From: Phyllosticta citribraziliensis
Lineage: Eukaryota
Direction of reading: 5' to 3'
NCBI RefSeq assembly: GCF_038025025.1
Contig: NW_027117349.1
Span: 1,240,001 to 1,304,000, forward strand
DNA length: 64,000 nucleotides
The notes beneath the pieces are model-generated. The model did not search any database. It was not told where the DNA came from and saw nothing but the letters and a program-made list of their open reading frames with translations. This document shows, one piece after another, positions 1-11,960 of this stretch. Positions within the stretch are counted from its first letter, which is position 1, and each line of letters starts with the position of its first letter. The translations under genes were made by a program, and so were the position numbers.

Positions 1-779
1 ATAAAGCTAAGTAAGAAGGGTATATAATAAGGTATAAGTTAAATTAGTAAGGAGTCTACTTAAAAGTATTAATTATAAAAAAATAAAGATAGCTATCTAT
101 AATATCTATATAATAAGGTCCTTTTATATTCTATTACCTAATCTACCTTAGAAATTATAATAGAAGGAAGGTAGGTACTATAAGAAGAGAGATCTTATCT
201 TAATCTTAAATTATATAGTAGTTTATTAGCTTATTAGTAATAATATACTTTTTAAAATTAACTACTTAGCTAATTCCCTACTATAGATATAGGAGGTTTT
301 ATTCTTATTTCTATTATTATATTAGTAATATATATATAGGTACTAGGATTAAATTATCTAAGTAGCTATAGCTCTTAGAGAGTTAGATAACTTTAGTATA
401 TATAGCTTATAGTTATAGCTAGTAGTTATAGTATAGGTATACCTAGTACTTAATACTAAGTAGTATTTAATATAATTATAGGTTTTTAGCTAACCTATAA
501 TATATAGCCTAGCTTCTAGTAGTAAAAGTAGTATAGCTATTAGCTATAAGTCTACTAATTAGTATAAGAGTTATTTAGGGTTTAATAGATAGTAAGTATA
601 GTTACTTCTCCCCCCTAGTACTTTAGTTTATTATAGGTAGTAAAATATAGGTTATTAAAATAAGGTATCTATATTTTATTATACTAATTTAAATACTTAT
701 TTATATACTATATAGGAAGATTATCTTATAGGTTAGTAAGAAAAAGTATATTAAGAATATTATCTAGTAGTTCCTACTA

Positions 780-2141
780 TAGTACTAGGCTAAAAGTGTT
801 TACTTAATTAGCTAATAATATAGAATATAAAATTATATACTTATATTCCCCCCCCCCCCCCTTTACTTTACTACTACTATAGCTCTATATACTCTATTAG
901 TATAAGTCTTTAGTATTTAAGAGTATTATAAGGAGCTTACTCTAATTTAAAGAGCTCTTATTATTTTATCCTACTATTCTAATAAGAAAGCCTTAGTAAT
1001 TACTTCTAAGCTTTTTATACTACTTTTAATAGTTAAATATACCTTATAAAACTCTATATCTAACTATAGTAGTATATCTAAAGTATATACTAGTTAGCTA
1101 AGGGCTATATTAGATTAAGATAAATAGGTTATTATCTAAGAAGTATAAAAAAATCTAAAGGTAATATATACCTAGCTCTATAATTTATATAGGCTAATAG
1201 TATTATCTAAAACCTACTACTATATTCTTAAATAGTATAATATTACTAATTAGAAGGTAGCTAAGTAGCCCTTCCTTATAATTATATATATAGCTATTTA
1301 ACTTACTTAGGCTAAGGTATAGTATAACTAGACTATAGTAGATTAGGCTAAATTTATCTAGTCTAATAAGTACTCTATAAAGTATAATAAGGGTAAATAA
1401 TATAAATAGGTCTTCTATATACTAGACTAGAAGTAGAAGTAGGAAATAATTAATATATATAAGAAAGAAAAGAATATATTAATTATAGTCTAAGTAGTAT
1501 TTTCTAGTACTCTTAAAAGGAGTAATCTCTTTATAATAATAAGGGATCTAGAGATAAAGAGAAAGGGCTACTCTATTAACTCCTATCTTTAAATTTTAGA
1601 TAAAATAATCCCTACTTTATAGGAACCTAGTATAACCTTTATATAGGATAATACCCCTATCTTTAAGTTAAAGAAGGTTATAAAATAGTTTAAAACTATA
1701 GGTATACCCCTTATTAATTAGCCCCTCTACTTACTAGATCTTAACCTAATTAAATACCTCTAATAGTATCTTAAAAGAGAGGTCTATTATACCTACTCTA
1801 ACCTCCTAATACTTATTAGTAGGGAAGAGTATATTAAAGAGGAGCTAAGAAAAGCTTTAAAGAAAGTCTAAAATAATTTACTATAGTAGTATTTTAATAA
1901 TATCTTAGAAAGTATACCTAGGAGAGTAGTAGTAGTAATTATAGTAGAGGGGTAGTATATAAAATATTAAACTAGTAGAAAAATTTAAAATACTTTAAAT
2001 TACTTAATAAACTAGCTATAGAACTAATTAGAGCTATTAGAAATAGCTAGGGTATTAGGTTATTAAGTAGTAGCTAGGAGGTAGTTAGTCTAGCCTAACT
2101 AGGAAAATACTAGGTAGCTAAAGACTTTTATCCTCCTACTA
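780..2141 (+). mobile_element. Tc1-family (DD34E) DNA transposon, RIP-inactivated, ~1.36 kb
   Basis: Imperfect TIRs: left tagtactaggctaaaagtgttta at 780, reverse complement of the right end tagtaggaggataaaagtcttta ending at 2141 (18/23 match). TA dinucleotides at 778-779 and 2142-2143. Transposase motifs are recoverable inside. Confidence 0.88.
879..1970 (+). pseudogene. Tc1-like transposase pseudogene (~363 codons)
   Basis: Reversing C>T/G>A changes in one frame gives ELTPIQRALII (933), IWSDECSVE (D at 1365), FMQDNAPI (D at 1647), WPPYSPDLNPIEHLW (E at 1752; 34 residues between D and E) and SMPRRV...EGWYTKY* (stop 1968-1970). Confidence 0.92.
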
Positions 2142-4877
2142 TAAGTATAAGTAGTATATATCTACTTTTACTAGTAAAATATATTAATAAACTCCCTAGC
2201 TAAGGTAAATTTACTATATTAATAAAATAGGAAACTTTATAGGATATCTACTTTAAATAATAGACCCTTAGTACTAAGTATTCTAGTAAGTTAACTCTAG
2301 ATTAAGTAAGTATAATTATCTTTACTATTTAGGTAGATTATTAAATTATATAAGATAACTATACTAAACTAGTAGACTAATATATTATCTTTAGTAGTTT
2401 TAGCTAGAGTCTATAGTAGGTAATTAAGTAAGGATAAGTAATTAAATAGCTAAAGTCTTATCTTAATAAGCTACTACTACTTATCCTAGTTACTAGTATC
2501 TTTTAATAGTAGGATATTCTTAGAGGGTATACTAAAGGTCCTTTTAGTATTAAATAGAATACTTATTTTATTAATAATACTAGTATTACTATAAGTATTA
2601 CTTATATTACTAGTATTACTAGTATTAGTAGAGAGTTTAATAGAGGATTTACTAGCTAGAGAGTTACTAGGAGGTAAGATAGGTACTTTAGTACTTATAG
2701 TAGTAGTAAAGTAGTAAGATAAGAGAGAGTTATAGAGTTAACTATAAGATATTATTACTAGTAGGCTAATAAGAGATAAGATAGTATAGTTTAATAAACT
2801 TAATACTAGAGGATTATAAATAAAGAGAGAGTAGTATTTATATAAGGGCTTATAACCTAATTAAAGTAATTATATAAACTATTAATTTAACTATCTACTA
2901 AGCTATCTATTTTATAGAAAATACTAGATAGCTTACCTTACTAGGTATTACTATCTATAAATAGACCTCTGTAATATCATAGACTAGGCGCGCTAGTTGA
3001 GCAGGTTGCCTAATTTGACACTTATAGATGAGTTCGGTCATCGTAGAAGTATGATGCGTCTCATAATTGCTGGATGGTGCTGATTGAGCAAAGATTAGAG
3101 AATACAGAGAAACACACGCATCGTGCCGGTGTGAAATGCGCACCAGCCCATCCAGACGCAGTCAGCTTGCCGGGAAGGCCAGTCAGTCGTTCATGTGGTC
3201 AGTCTGGACTTCCCTGACTGAGCTGCGTCGGCTTGTCCATTGAACGCAGGATAGAAGATTGAGGATTGAGGCGCTCTTTATACCCGCAGCTTTCAAACCA
3301 CTTACAGTCAGCTCCCCGACACATCATTCATCATATGCAGACGAATCAAACAGCTCAGACCCTGGCTTTGCGTATAATGTGAAGAAGCGTCACCTGTCAA
3401 CGCACCTTTGACACGGCGCTCATGCTTGTGATTCAATCAAGGCGGCCGCCTGGGCTGCAGGGCGGTGCGGTATAAAACCCCCTTTGTCTCCAGCTAGACT
3501 TCGATCCTCAGACCTGCCGGCTGAGTTCCGCGCATCTTATTCGCCAAGGCTGAACAAAACACACTACTTTTACACTTGTTTTCGCCGCTTCTACCATGTT
3601 ATAAAACACTCTCGTGCGGTGCGGGCAGAGCTGAATTCTTGCTCTTTTGCTGTTTCGCTTTCTCTTGGAAAGAATTTGTTCGCTGGGAGAAGCAGCGGTT
3701 GTAATGATGGCAGAAAGTGTCATTGATTGGCGATGATGGTAGTCTCTAAGATCAAGCAATGACGCTCTTCGCTGCACTCATATGCTAAAAATATGACAAA
3801 AGGAACACGGGCAGGATAAATATCCCACAGAAAGAAAGGAGTACAAAAAGTGGTAATGTCGCGAAGAGTTTGGACCACAAAGAACAGTCAGAAGATGTTG
3901 ACATGGTGGAAACGACAGACAAGTAGCTGTGTATTGACATCTTGGTCGTCACTGACAAACTGTGTCGCGTCCTGCTCTGCCTCAACAGAACCGGGCAGCG
4001 AGACGTGCTTTTATACTCACTCACGACCGAGGGTCCACGCACTGCTGCCTAGCGCGGCTGCAGCCTGTGGGTGGTGTCAAGGCACATGCCGTGGTCGTGT
4101 CAGGGGAGGCGTGCGAGCGAGGCTTGTGACCCCTGACTCCTGACTTCTGACTTCTGACTCCTGGCTGCCCGCGGTTGGGTATATAAACGGACCTCTTTCT
4201 CGCTGCTGGAGCTACAGAAAAGCTTCTCCTTTAGCCTCTCCTACCGATTTCCCTGGAAATTTGCAATGCCACTGCTTGTCGCGCTTTCGTGGAGGATTTC
4301 ACTTTGGCCGAAGGGGCCAAAGGATTTCAATTCGGCTGTAGAGGCCAAAGAAGCTCAGCACGGTGCTGCTACCAGCAAATATTTATGGTGACGGGCAGCA
4401 TAACATCAGGATGAAGGAGAGCGATGTTGATAGCTGATCGCAATGGGATCCAGGAACCCCTGAGACTTCTGGTACCATTCTGGCCAGGGACGCAGCGCCG
4501 ACCGGGGCGGAATGGGAGACACAAAGGGACCTCTTTCTTACTCATGGAGAAGCCATCCACAAGCCGACGGGCAACCACTCCCAGTTTCAGTGCTGGGGAG
4601 GTTTGACTTACTTCGCCGTCGAGTGCTGCCGGAGGGTTTGTAATTTCGACAGCCTGAGTGAGTGCGCGGCATGAGGGAGTCCAACTGCTCAGATGCGCGC
4701 CATAAGAGAATGATGGAAATTTTCGAAGAAGGGAAGGATGAACAGCGGTGTCAAATATCAATGATGCCGTTGTCATTTAATTTTGTGCTTGCTCCAAACC
4801 CTCTACTCCAAGGTAAGCAGCTTTGAGTTTGGCCCGAGTGCATCGTAACTGGACTGGCCCTCTCTCCCACGGCGTGA

Positions 4878-7800
4878 CTATTCCGAGTCCGAGGCACCGG
4901 CGTCAATCAATAGCTGCGCGATATTTTCCTTCTCTTTTGCTACACAAAATGGGCCCCCCTGCAAACCCTCAAAGTCAGCATGCTGACAATCTCTCGAACA
5001 CTTGTGTCGCGAAGCCTTCAACGCCGAACCGTATTTGCCACCCTTCAAGCTCGGATCGGCGCCCTTCTCCAGCAAGAACTTGACGGCTTGCTCGTTGCCA
5101 CCGCTTGCCGCTGCCTGGAGTGCGGAGCCAAAGAATCCCCCTTGTGCGTCCACGTCGGCGCCGTTCTCGACGAGAAATTCTGCAATTTGAATATCACTTT
5201 CCTGCGGAATGTAACGGTCGGACCACACTCTACTGCTAATTACCGCCGTCAACGCACTGCCATAAAGCCCGGCGATGTGATTGACGTCTGCACCGGCCTC
5301 TATGAGGAGCTTTGCGGCCCCCAGCGCGCCCTTTCTCGCCGCAATGTGCAAAGCCGTCCCAAGTTCTGCGGCTTCGGGGTTCGGATCAGCACCAAAGTCG
5401 AGCAGGACTTTGACTTGATCTTCGCGATCGAACTTGGCGGCCTGGTACAGCGGGGCCTGGCCTTCTGCACTCTTCGCATTTGGATCGGCGCCGTACGTGA
5501 GAAGGACAGTCAAAGGGTCCTTCAACAGGGGTCTACGAGCGTTGGAAAGGAAATGGGTGCAAATAGGACCAACGTCGGTCTTCCGGGACAAGGGCTTGAG
5601 AAGGCTTTCGAGGCGCTGCGCCTTGTGCTCCGGGGACTCGTCGTCGTTGTCGTAGGAGTATCCGTCGTCGTAGAAACCGTGATCGTCGTAGTCGTCGTCG
5701 TCTGCGAACAACAGCGCAAGCGCGGCCTCAAACACTGGAGCATCGTGATCTATCTCGCGGAGGAGGAGCTGCATGGTTTCCAGGCTCTTGGAACTGGTTG
5801 CCCCTTTTAGTGCGTTGTCGTCGACCGTGTTGAAAGCTGCCATGTCCGGATTCAGACTCAAAAAGTACTCCACAACATGTTTCTGGCCTCTACTCGCGGC
5901 AAATTTTATGGCTCCGGCATAAGTCGAAGGCTCTGGGTGTGAGACTTTGGAAATGAGATACTTCACAATGTCCAACTTTCCCGCAGATGAGACTAGCTGC
6001 AGGATTTCTCGAAACAGCGGTGAATCAGCCTGGGGGATGATGCAAAGTCGACGGTCGAGAAGCTCTATAAGCTGGAGACTTCCTTCTGCAAAAATCATGG
6101 GAACAAAGAATTGCACCTTCTCTGCCAAAGGCGTCACGTCGGCTCCGGCTTCGACCAGAACACGAAGGACTTCCAATGCATCGCCAAGCCGGAGCTTTTC
6201 TTCCTCATCCATGTTGTACGTAGACCAGAGCTTTTCTTCTTCGTCCTCGTCAGATGATCCGCTGCTCTGCTCATCCAGGCGATCGAAATGGGCGGCAATG
6301 GCACTTGTAAGAGCAGCGTCACGAGACGCTGGGCTAGTGCCCTTGGCCAGAAGAGAAGCCACAGTCGAGGCTTCCCCTTGGTACGCAGCCTCTTCCAGCA
6401 AACTCCGGCCTGAAAAGACCAACTCACCAATGTTAGGGAAGTTCTGCATAACGGTCGCCAAGAATGGAATCGAACGCCGTTTGAGGGCATTCAAAATCAA
6501 GGGGCCGAAGATGTGGGCGCCAAAGCCGACGCTAGCACCTTCAGAGATGAGCATTGAGGAAATTTCCAGGTGCTCTTTCTTAGCGCTTTTCTCGGCGGTG
6601 CGCTCAAAAGTTCCACGTCGAACATAGCCCCATGGGTCTTTGCGGAATAGCTGGCGAGCAATGGAGGCATGGCCTCGCTTACACGCCGCAAAAAGCGCGT
6701 CTGTTGGATCGGGCTCCTCGTCACGAGTGAGTCGAAGAGGAAAGAGGTCATGACGAGAATGGATGTCGGCGCCTCTTTCGAGGAGAATTTGAACGACTTC
6801 CGTCTGGCCAGAGTAACTCGCCAGTTGCAGCGGACTGCCAAATCCTCCGTCTGCTGTTTCGATTTCCGCTCCTTCGTCCAAAAGGTACTTGACCATCTCT
6901 ACATGCATAGCGGCGACTGCGTTTTGCAGAGCTGTACCTCTTTGTTCTCCTGCGGCATTGACATTGGCGCCGTGTTGAATGAGAAACTTGACGATCTTCA
7001 GATTCCCTTGGCCTGCTGCGGCCTGCAGCGCGTTTCCGTTTTTCTTTCCCGGAGCGTCGATGCGGGCTCCATTCTCCAGAAGAAAACGCACAATCCGCAA
7101 GTGCCCGGTATCAGATGCAACTTGGATGGCATTTCCATGCATGCCACCAGTGTCTTCAATGTCGGCGCCATGTTCGAGGAGAAAGCGGACGACTTCCAGG
7201 TTATCTCTTTCGCAAAACACTTGCAGACACGAGCCGAATTGGCCCCAATGCTGATCGATTGGCGCGCCTCTTTCCAGAAGCAGCGATGCGATGTCGAGGC
7301 GCGAGCCTTCGAGCGCAGCCTGCAAAGGTGTACCAAGTGTCTGGCGCTTCGCACTGATGTTGGCTCCATTGTCGAGCAGGCATATCACTGCGTCGCGGTG
7401 GCCCCAGAAAGCGGCGATTTGCAAAGCAGTGTACGTGGAGCCTGAATCGTATCTGTTATAGGTTTCGTCATCATCTGCGGCGTCAATTTTGGCGCCCATG
7501 TCGATGAACTTTTGTATTAACTGAACATTTCCGTAACGCGCAGCCAGCTCAAGAGAACCAGAGTCGCCTGGACAATCGACTTGTTCGGTGCCATCATGAA
7601 TTTTAGGCAAAGTCCTGCGCACTTCTCGGGAAGGGAGGGAGTTCTCCATCACGTAGAATCTGTGTCTCGTGTCGACGGGAGCTCCCTTTTGAAGTAGCAA
7701 GTCCACAACATCGTCATTTCTCGCGTGGATTGCGGCTTGCAAAACACTTCGAAATCGACCAACCGCCTTTATGCTGGCCTTATTCTGCAGCAGAAGTTTG

Positions 7801-10800
7801 ATCGCCTCCTGGTGTCCTGCGTAGGCTGCAGCTTGCATGGTGCTTTTGAAAAACCCACCGTGACCATCGGGGTTCGCGCCGTGCTCCAAAAGGATGGACA
7901 TGGTAGATATGTGGTTTTTGGACGCTGCTGCTTGTAAAGCATCACCGAGCTCATCATCTTGGACGTTTGGATCGGCTCCTTGATCAAGAAGCCACACCAG
8001 AACATCGTCTTTGCCGGCGATCGCGGCTGCGCGGAGGGGATAGCCGAATCTCCCTCTCGAGCCGAGACTTGCTCCTTCTTGATGGACAAGCTGCACGAGG
8101 CTCAGCTTTCCGCCTGCTATCGCAGCTTGGAGAGCGTTGCCAAAATACCCCACTTCCGCATTGATGTCTGCATATCTTGCGAGAAGTCTTTTCGACTCTT
8201 TCTCCCTGCGGCCGTGGAGCGCTACCTGCAGTGGATCGTGGTTTTCGTGTGGTGCGTAGTCGCCGAGTTTGCCTTGCAACAGGTGCTCCACCAGCTGTGC
8301 ATGGCCTTTAAAGCCAGCAAACTGCAGAGCGTCGTTGAATTCGTCCTGAGTCGAGAATCTGAAGCCGCTACGAAGGAGTGCCTCGATGATGTCTTCGTGA
8401 CCGCCGGCCAAAGAAGCCTGCAACGGATTGGCAAAGTCGCCGGGGCCAAAGTCAGTCGCCGCATGATGATCTAGCAGCAGTTTGACGATGCTGCAATGAC
8501 CAAAGAACGCGGCGGCTTTGATGGCAGATCCGAATCGCCCACAGGCGGCGGAGACGTTGCATCCCAGACCAATCAGGCCTTTGACCACATCCTCATGCCC
8601 AAAGTGAGCTGCAAGGTATAGCCCACTAGCGTCGTGTTTGTTGAGAAGCTCCAGATCCTGCAGTAGACCGCGTTCGCTCAAATTTTGGAGCACCTCAGAT
8701 AGCCCGAAACAGCTAATTGTGAACAGGGGAGAAGGAGGTGAGCTCGATAATGCATTCAGCTTCTTGGTTAGATCGCCATGCCAGCGTACTTCTTGCGATT
8801 GGAGTTTGCCATCAACACTGTCGAGCCAATCTTCAAAATGTTCCTCTTTTGTGAAAAATTCCAGCAGCATTGCTTTCAGAACGGCATCTCGATGAGGCAC
8901 TCCGACGGCTTCGCAGTGGATAGGCCAGTAGACCGTTGCGTAGTCGACCAAGAGATCCTTGGAAGGTCCATCCCAGATGTAGGCGCCCAAGCATCTTCCC
9001 GTTACAGCTGAGTGCGTCTCAGTAGAGTCGAACTCTGGAAGCGATTCAAGATATCTGAAGATGTCGATTTTGGTGAGCAGAATTGACATGGCATGGAGGA
9101 GATTCACTTACTCTCTTACTGACGTATGCGACAAGCGAAGCACGTCTGATTCAGAATCCAGGACGACGAGGCCACAACAGCAATCGAGAAGCTCGGTTGT
9201 CGAAAATGCCTCGTCGGCTCGAATGCTCCTGGAGACTGCCGCAATCAGTTCCTCGACGGAGAGAGGTCTTTGAGCGCAAAGCAGCCATTTAAGGACCAAT
9301 GTGGTGACAGTCTTGGCCGTCTGCTCCAAGGAAGTAATGCGAGCGTAAACGGCATCGAACGATTTGATCAGGCCCGCAGGGAGATGGCGCAGCGCAGCGC
9401 GTACATCTTCGTCGAGCTTTATCCGCTCGGTGTCGCGGATAGTCTCAAGTTGCAGAGTGACCCACAGGAACCTGAGACATGTAAGAACAGCGCAAGGGAG
9501 TCGCCGAAGTCTCCAGACACTGACACTTACATTCCTTGCGCTCCGGCCTCCAAAGCAGAGATGATATCGTTCTCGAGCTGGCCGAGTTTGTGAGCCTCTT
9601 TGCCCGGCTTTTGCCCCCATTCCGTGATGAAGTCTTTGGCCTTGGACTTGATGAATCTGCCGAGATCTTCGTGGTTCTGTTTCGCGGTTACGGAGATTTC
9701 CTGTGACTGGCCAAGTCGCATTTTGATGTCATCTTCCTCGCGGCTGCTCACGAGGATTTTAACAAGATCTCTAGATTTTGCAACAATCTCCTCACACGCC
9801 GACATGATCAGTCCTCGCTGCTGAGAGTCGCATTCGTCGAGTCCGTCGATAACTATTGTAGCCGGGGTTGCGGCAGTGAGTTGAAGAATGAGCTCCACAG
9901 ATTCTTCCTTCGTCAAAGGCGACGCATCAAGGCCATTCTTCTTTCCATCTTCGACCTTGTTCTTGTACTTGTTGACTGTTACTCCCGCGATTTGGCCGTC
10001 GGTCTTGGACACGGATAGCTGCTTCACGATGGCCCGCAAGATTTCTTCGCAGTTGGCTCGCTGAGGCTCTGCAGTATCTCGACAGCAGTAGAAGTACGCG
10101 ATTGGCGCAGCTTGCGGAACATACGCTCGCTGTTTCTCCAGATCTTCAATCATTACAGCCCTGAGATTGTCAGAAATTTCTTGATCATGCAGTAAACTTG
10201 ATGCAACTCACGCAAGGCGACTCTTGCCGCAACCCCCTGACCAATGTTGTGAGCATCTGTCCCCACCATTAATGATAGATCTTACATGTTCCATGAAGCC
10301 ACAGGATCTCGGAGGAGCTTGAGGACTTCCAAGATGCATATTCGGGATTTGTGAGGAGCCACTCTCCCGTATTTGGCAATATTCCTGAAATCATCGCTTC
10401 GTGATGCTTGCGGAAGTCTATGGCAGACAGCCACTTGAGAAGATCGCTCCTCTCCGATGCTGGAAGATGTCAGCGAAATACAGTCATGGATCCGTCATTG
10501 TACCTTCGAGTGCATTATGCAACCGTCCAATCTGACCTTCAATTCGAACAAAGGGGGTCTCCAAGTCCTTCAGCGCCTGCTGGAGAATCTTTTGTGTTAC
10601 TGCTTCTGGATTAGCAAATCTCGTAGCACAAGGATGAAACAGTCCATGCCTTGGAGTTCGTCAACTTTGACAGTCATCGTTCCGAAAGATGCTTTGTTGG
10701 ACTCGGTAATGGTCAAGGTTGCTGTCGTTCGTTCGGCATCGATGAGTTCTCTCTGGTACCTCACTTTCTGATCTCCTTCGGAAACGTCTTTGAGCGCATC

Positions 10801-11465
10801 TTCGAGGACTTGCCTCCTTGTTGTGTCGGCGAGAATTTTGCCTGTCTGAGTTCAGTCACATGTCACGAGATAATCACATTGTACTTACGAATAAAGCTTT
10901 TTTTGTAGTACCGCATCGCTTCGCAAAGGTAACTCAAAAGCACGCCGTAGAGCTTCGATAATTGGGTTTCGAATGATTTTTGGGCATCCGATGTCGCAGG
11001 AAGATAGAGTTTCTCCATGATCGTGCAGCGGGCGATAATGTCAGAAGCCTTTTCCAACCCTTCGATCATGGCATCAAAAGCCTCGGTACTGTTCATACAA
11101 AACTAGTAGCAGGTCAGCTTTGGTCAAGCAAAGCTTTCTCCCCACTCTCAACTCACCTGCAGCAAGAAACGGATCCCTGCCCACGGAAACGCAGCATGGA
11201 CCGGGTCAAACGACACAGCGGTGTCGACGACCGCAAGAAACGACTTGACGGACGAGATGAACTTTGCGCAAACGTCTCGAATGACAATCTCCCGGCCCTT
11301 GAAGCCTTTGGTCTTCCAACGTCGGCGCAAGCATTGATCCTGCTGCTCTTCGACTTTGGCCACAATGTCGTTCAAAATTTCTCGCTTTGAGGCGCTGCCG
11401 CAGCGAAACATGCGCTGGTCCTTTTCGCTGAGTTTTGCAATCGACTGGTCCCAAAGAGATGACAT
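4878..11465 (-). CDS. Fungal NLR-like protein: N-terminal helical domain + NACHT NTPase + winged helix + many ankyrin repeats (multi-exon)
   Basis: Approximate exons: 11465-11157, 11102-10889, 10841-10650, 10605-~10504, ~10459-10286, 10236-10212, 10160-9531, 9471-9112, 9054-4878. Motifs: DPVHAAFPWAGIRFLLQ, PNTGEWLL, Walker A LWLHGTWGCGKSRL, AYFYC, Walker B IVIDGLDEC, KILVSSR, GMFLWV, HTSVREYL, and repeated G..G.ALQAAA..G ankyrins. Start codon is tentative. Confidence 0.92.
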
Positions 11466-11960
11466 TTGGATGGGCACAGGCGCATGTCCTGTTGATGACG
11501 GGTTTCAGAGGGTGTTGGTGAGGTGGTGAGTTTTGCAGTAAAGTTGTAAAGCTGATGTGCCGCGTGGGGGGCCACGAGGCTACAGGGCTGCGAAGGAGAT
11601 TGAGAGCAGAAGTCTGTGCACACAAAGCTGCAGCTCTTGAGAATTGGGGGCGGAAACCTTTGCCCATGTGAATTTCTCTCAGCCCCATCTGCCTTATCTC
11701 TGCGCAGCTGGCAGCGATGATCGATTGAAAGACTGCTGCTTGGAATCCAGAAAGACGAACGATCACGCAGGGCAGCTCGTCTTGGAATTCGAAGTTGATT
11801 TTCCTGAAGAGTCCTGACAATACTGCTGAAAAGTGTAAGATAGAATGAAGAAAGAGGCGCAAATAACGAACCAGAAAAACCAACCTGCTTCGAAACAATC
11901 ATCTAAATCTGCATCTCCGACCGGCTCCGATCACAAACAAATCGCGCAAAGACTTGTTCC

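Larger units (their letters stand above)
1..2975. repeat. AT-rich RIP-degenerated repeat block
   Basis: Very AT-rich, with a large TpA excess (tag/cta/tat), near absence of CpA/TpG/CpG and no ORFs. Sharp switch to balanced GC at ~2975-2990. This is the classic RIP signature. Confidence 0.95.

Noticed and set aside
3850..4143. LTWWK resembling the hAT dimerisation motif
   Set aside because: No other hAT motif follows; likely chance.
4980..9011. Long plus-strand ORFs over the ankyrin exon
   Set aside because: Antisense shadows of a GC-rich coding region with no motifs.
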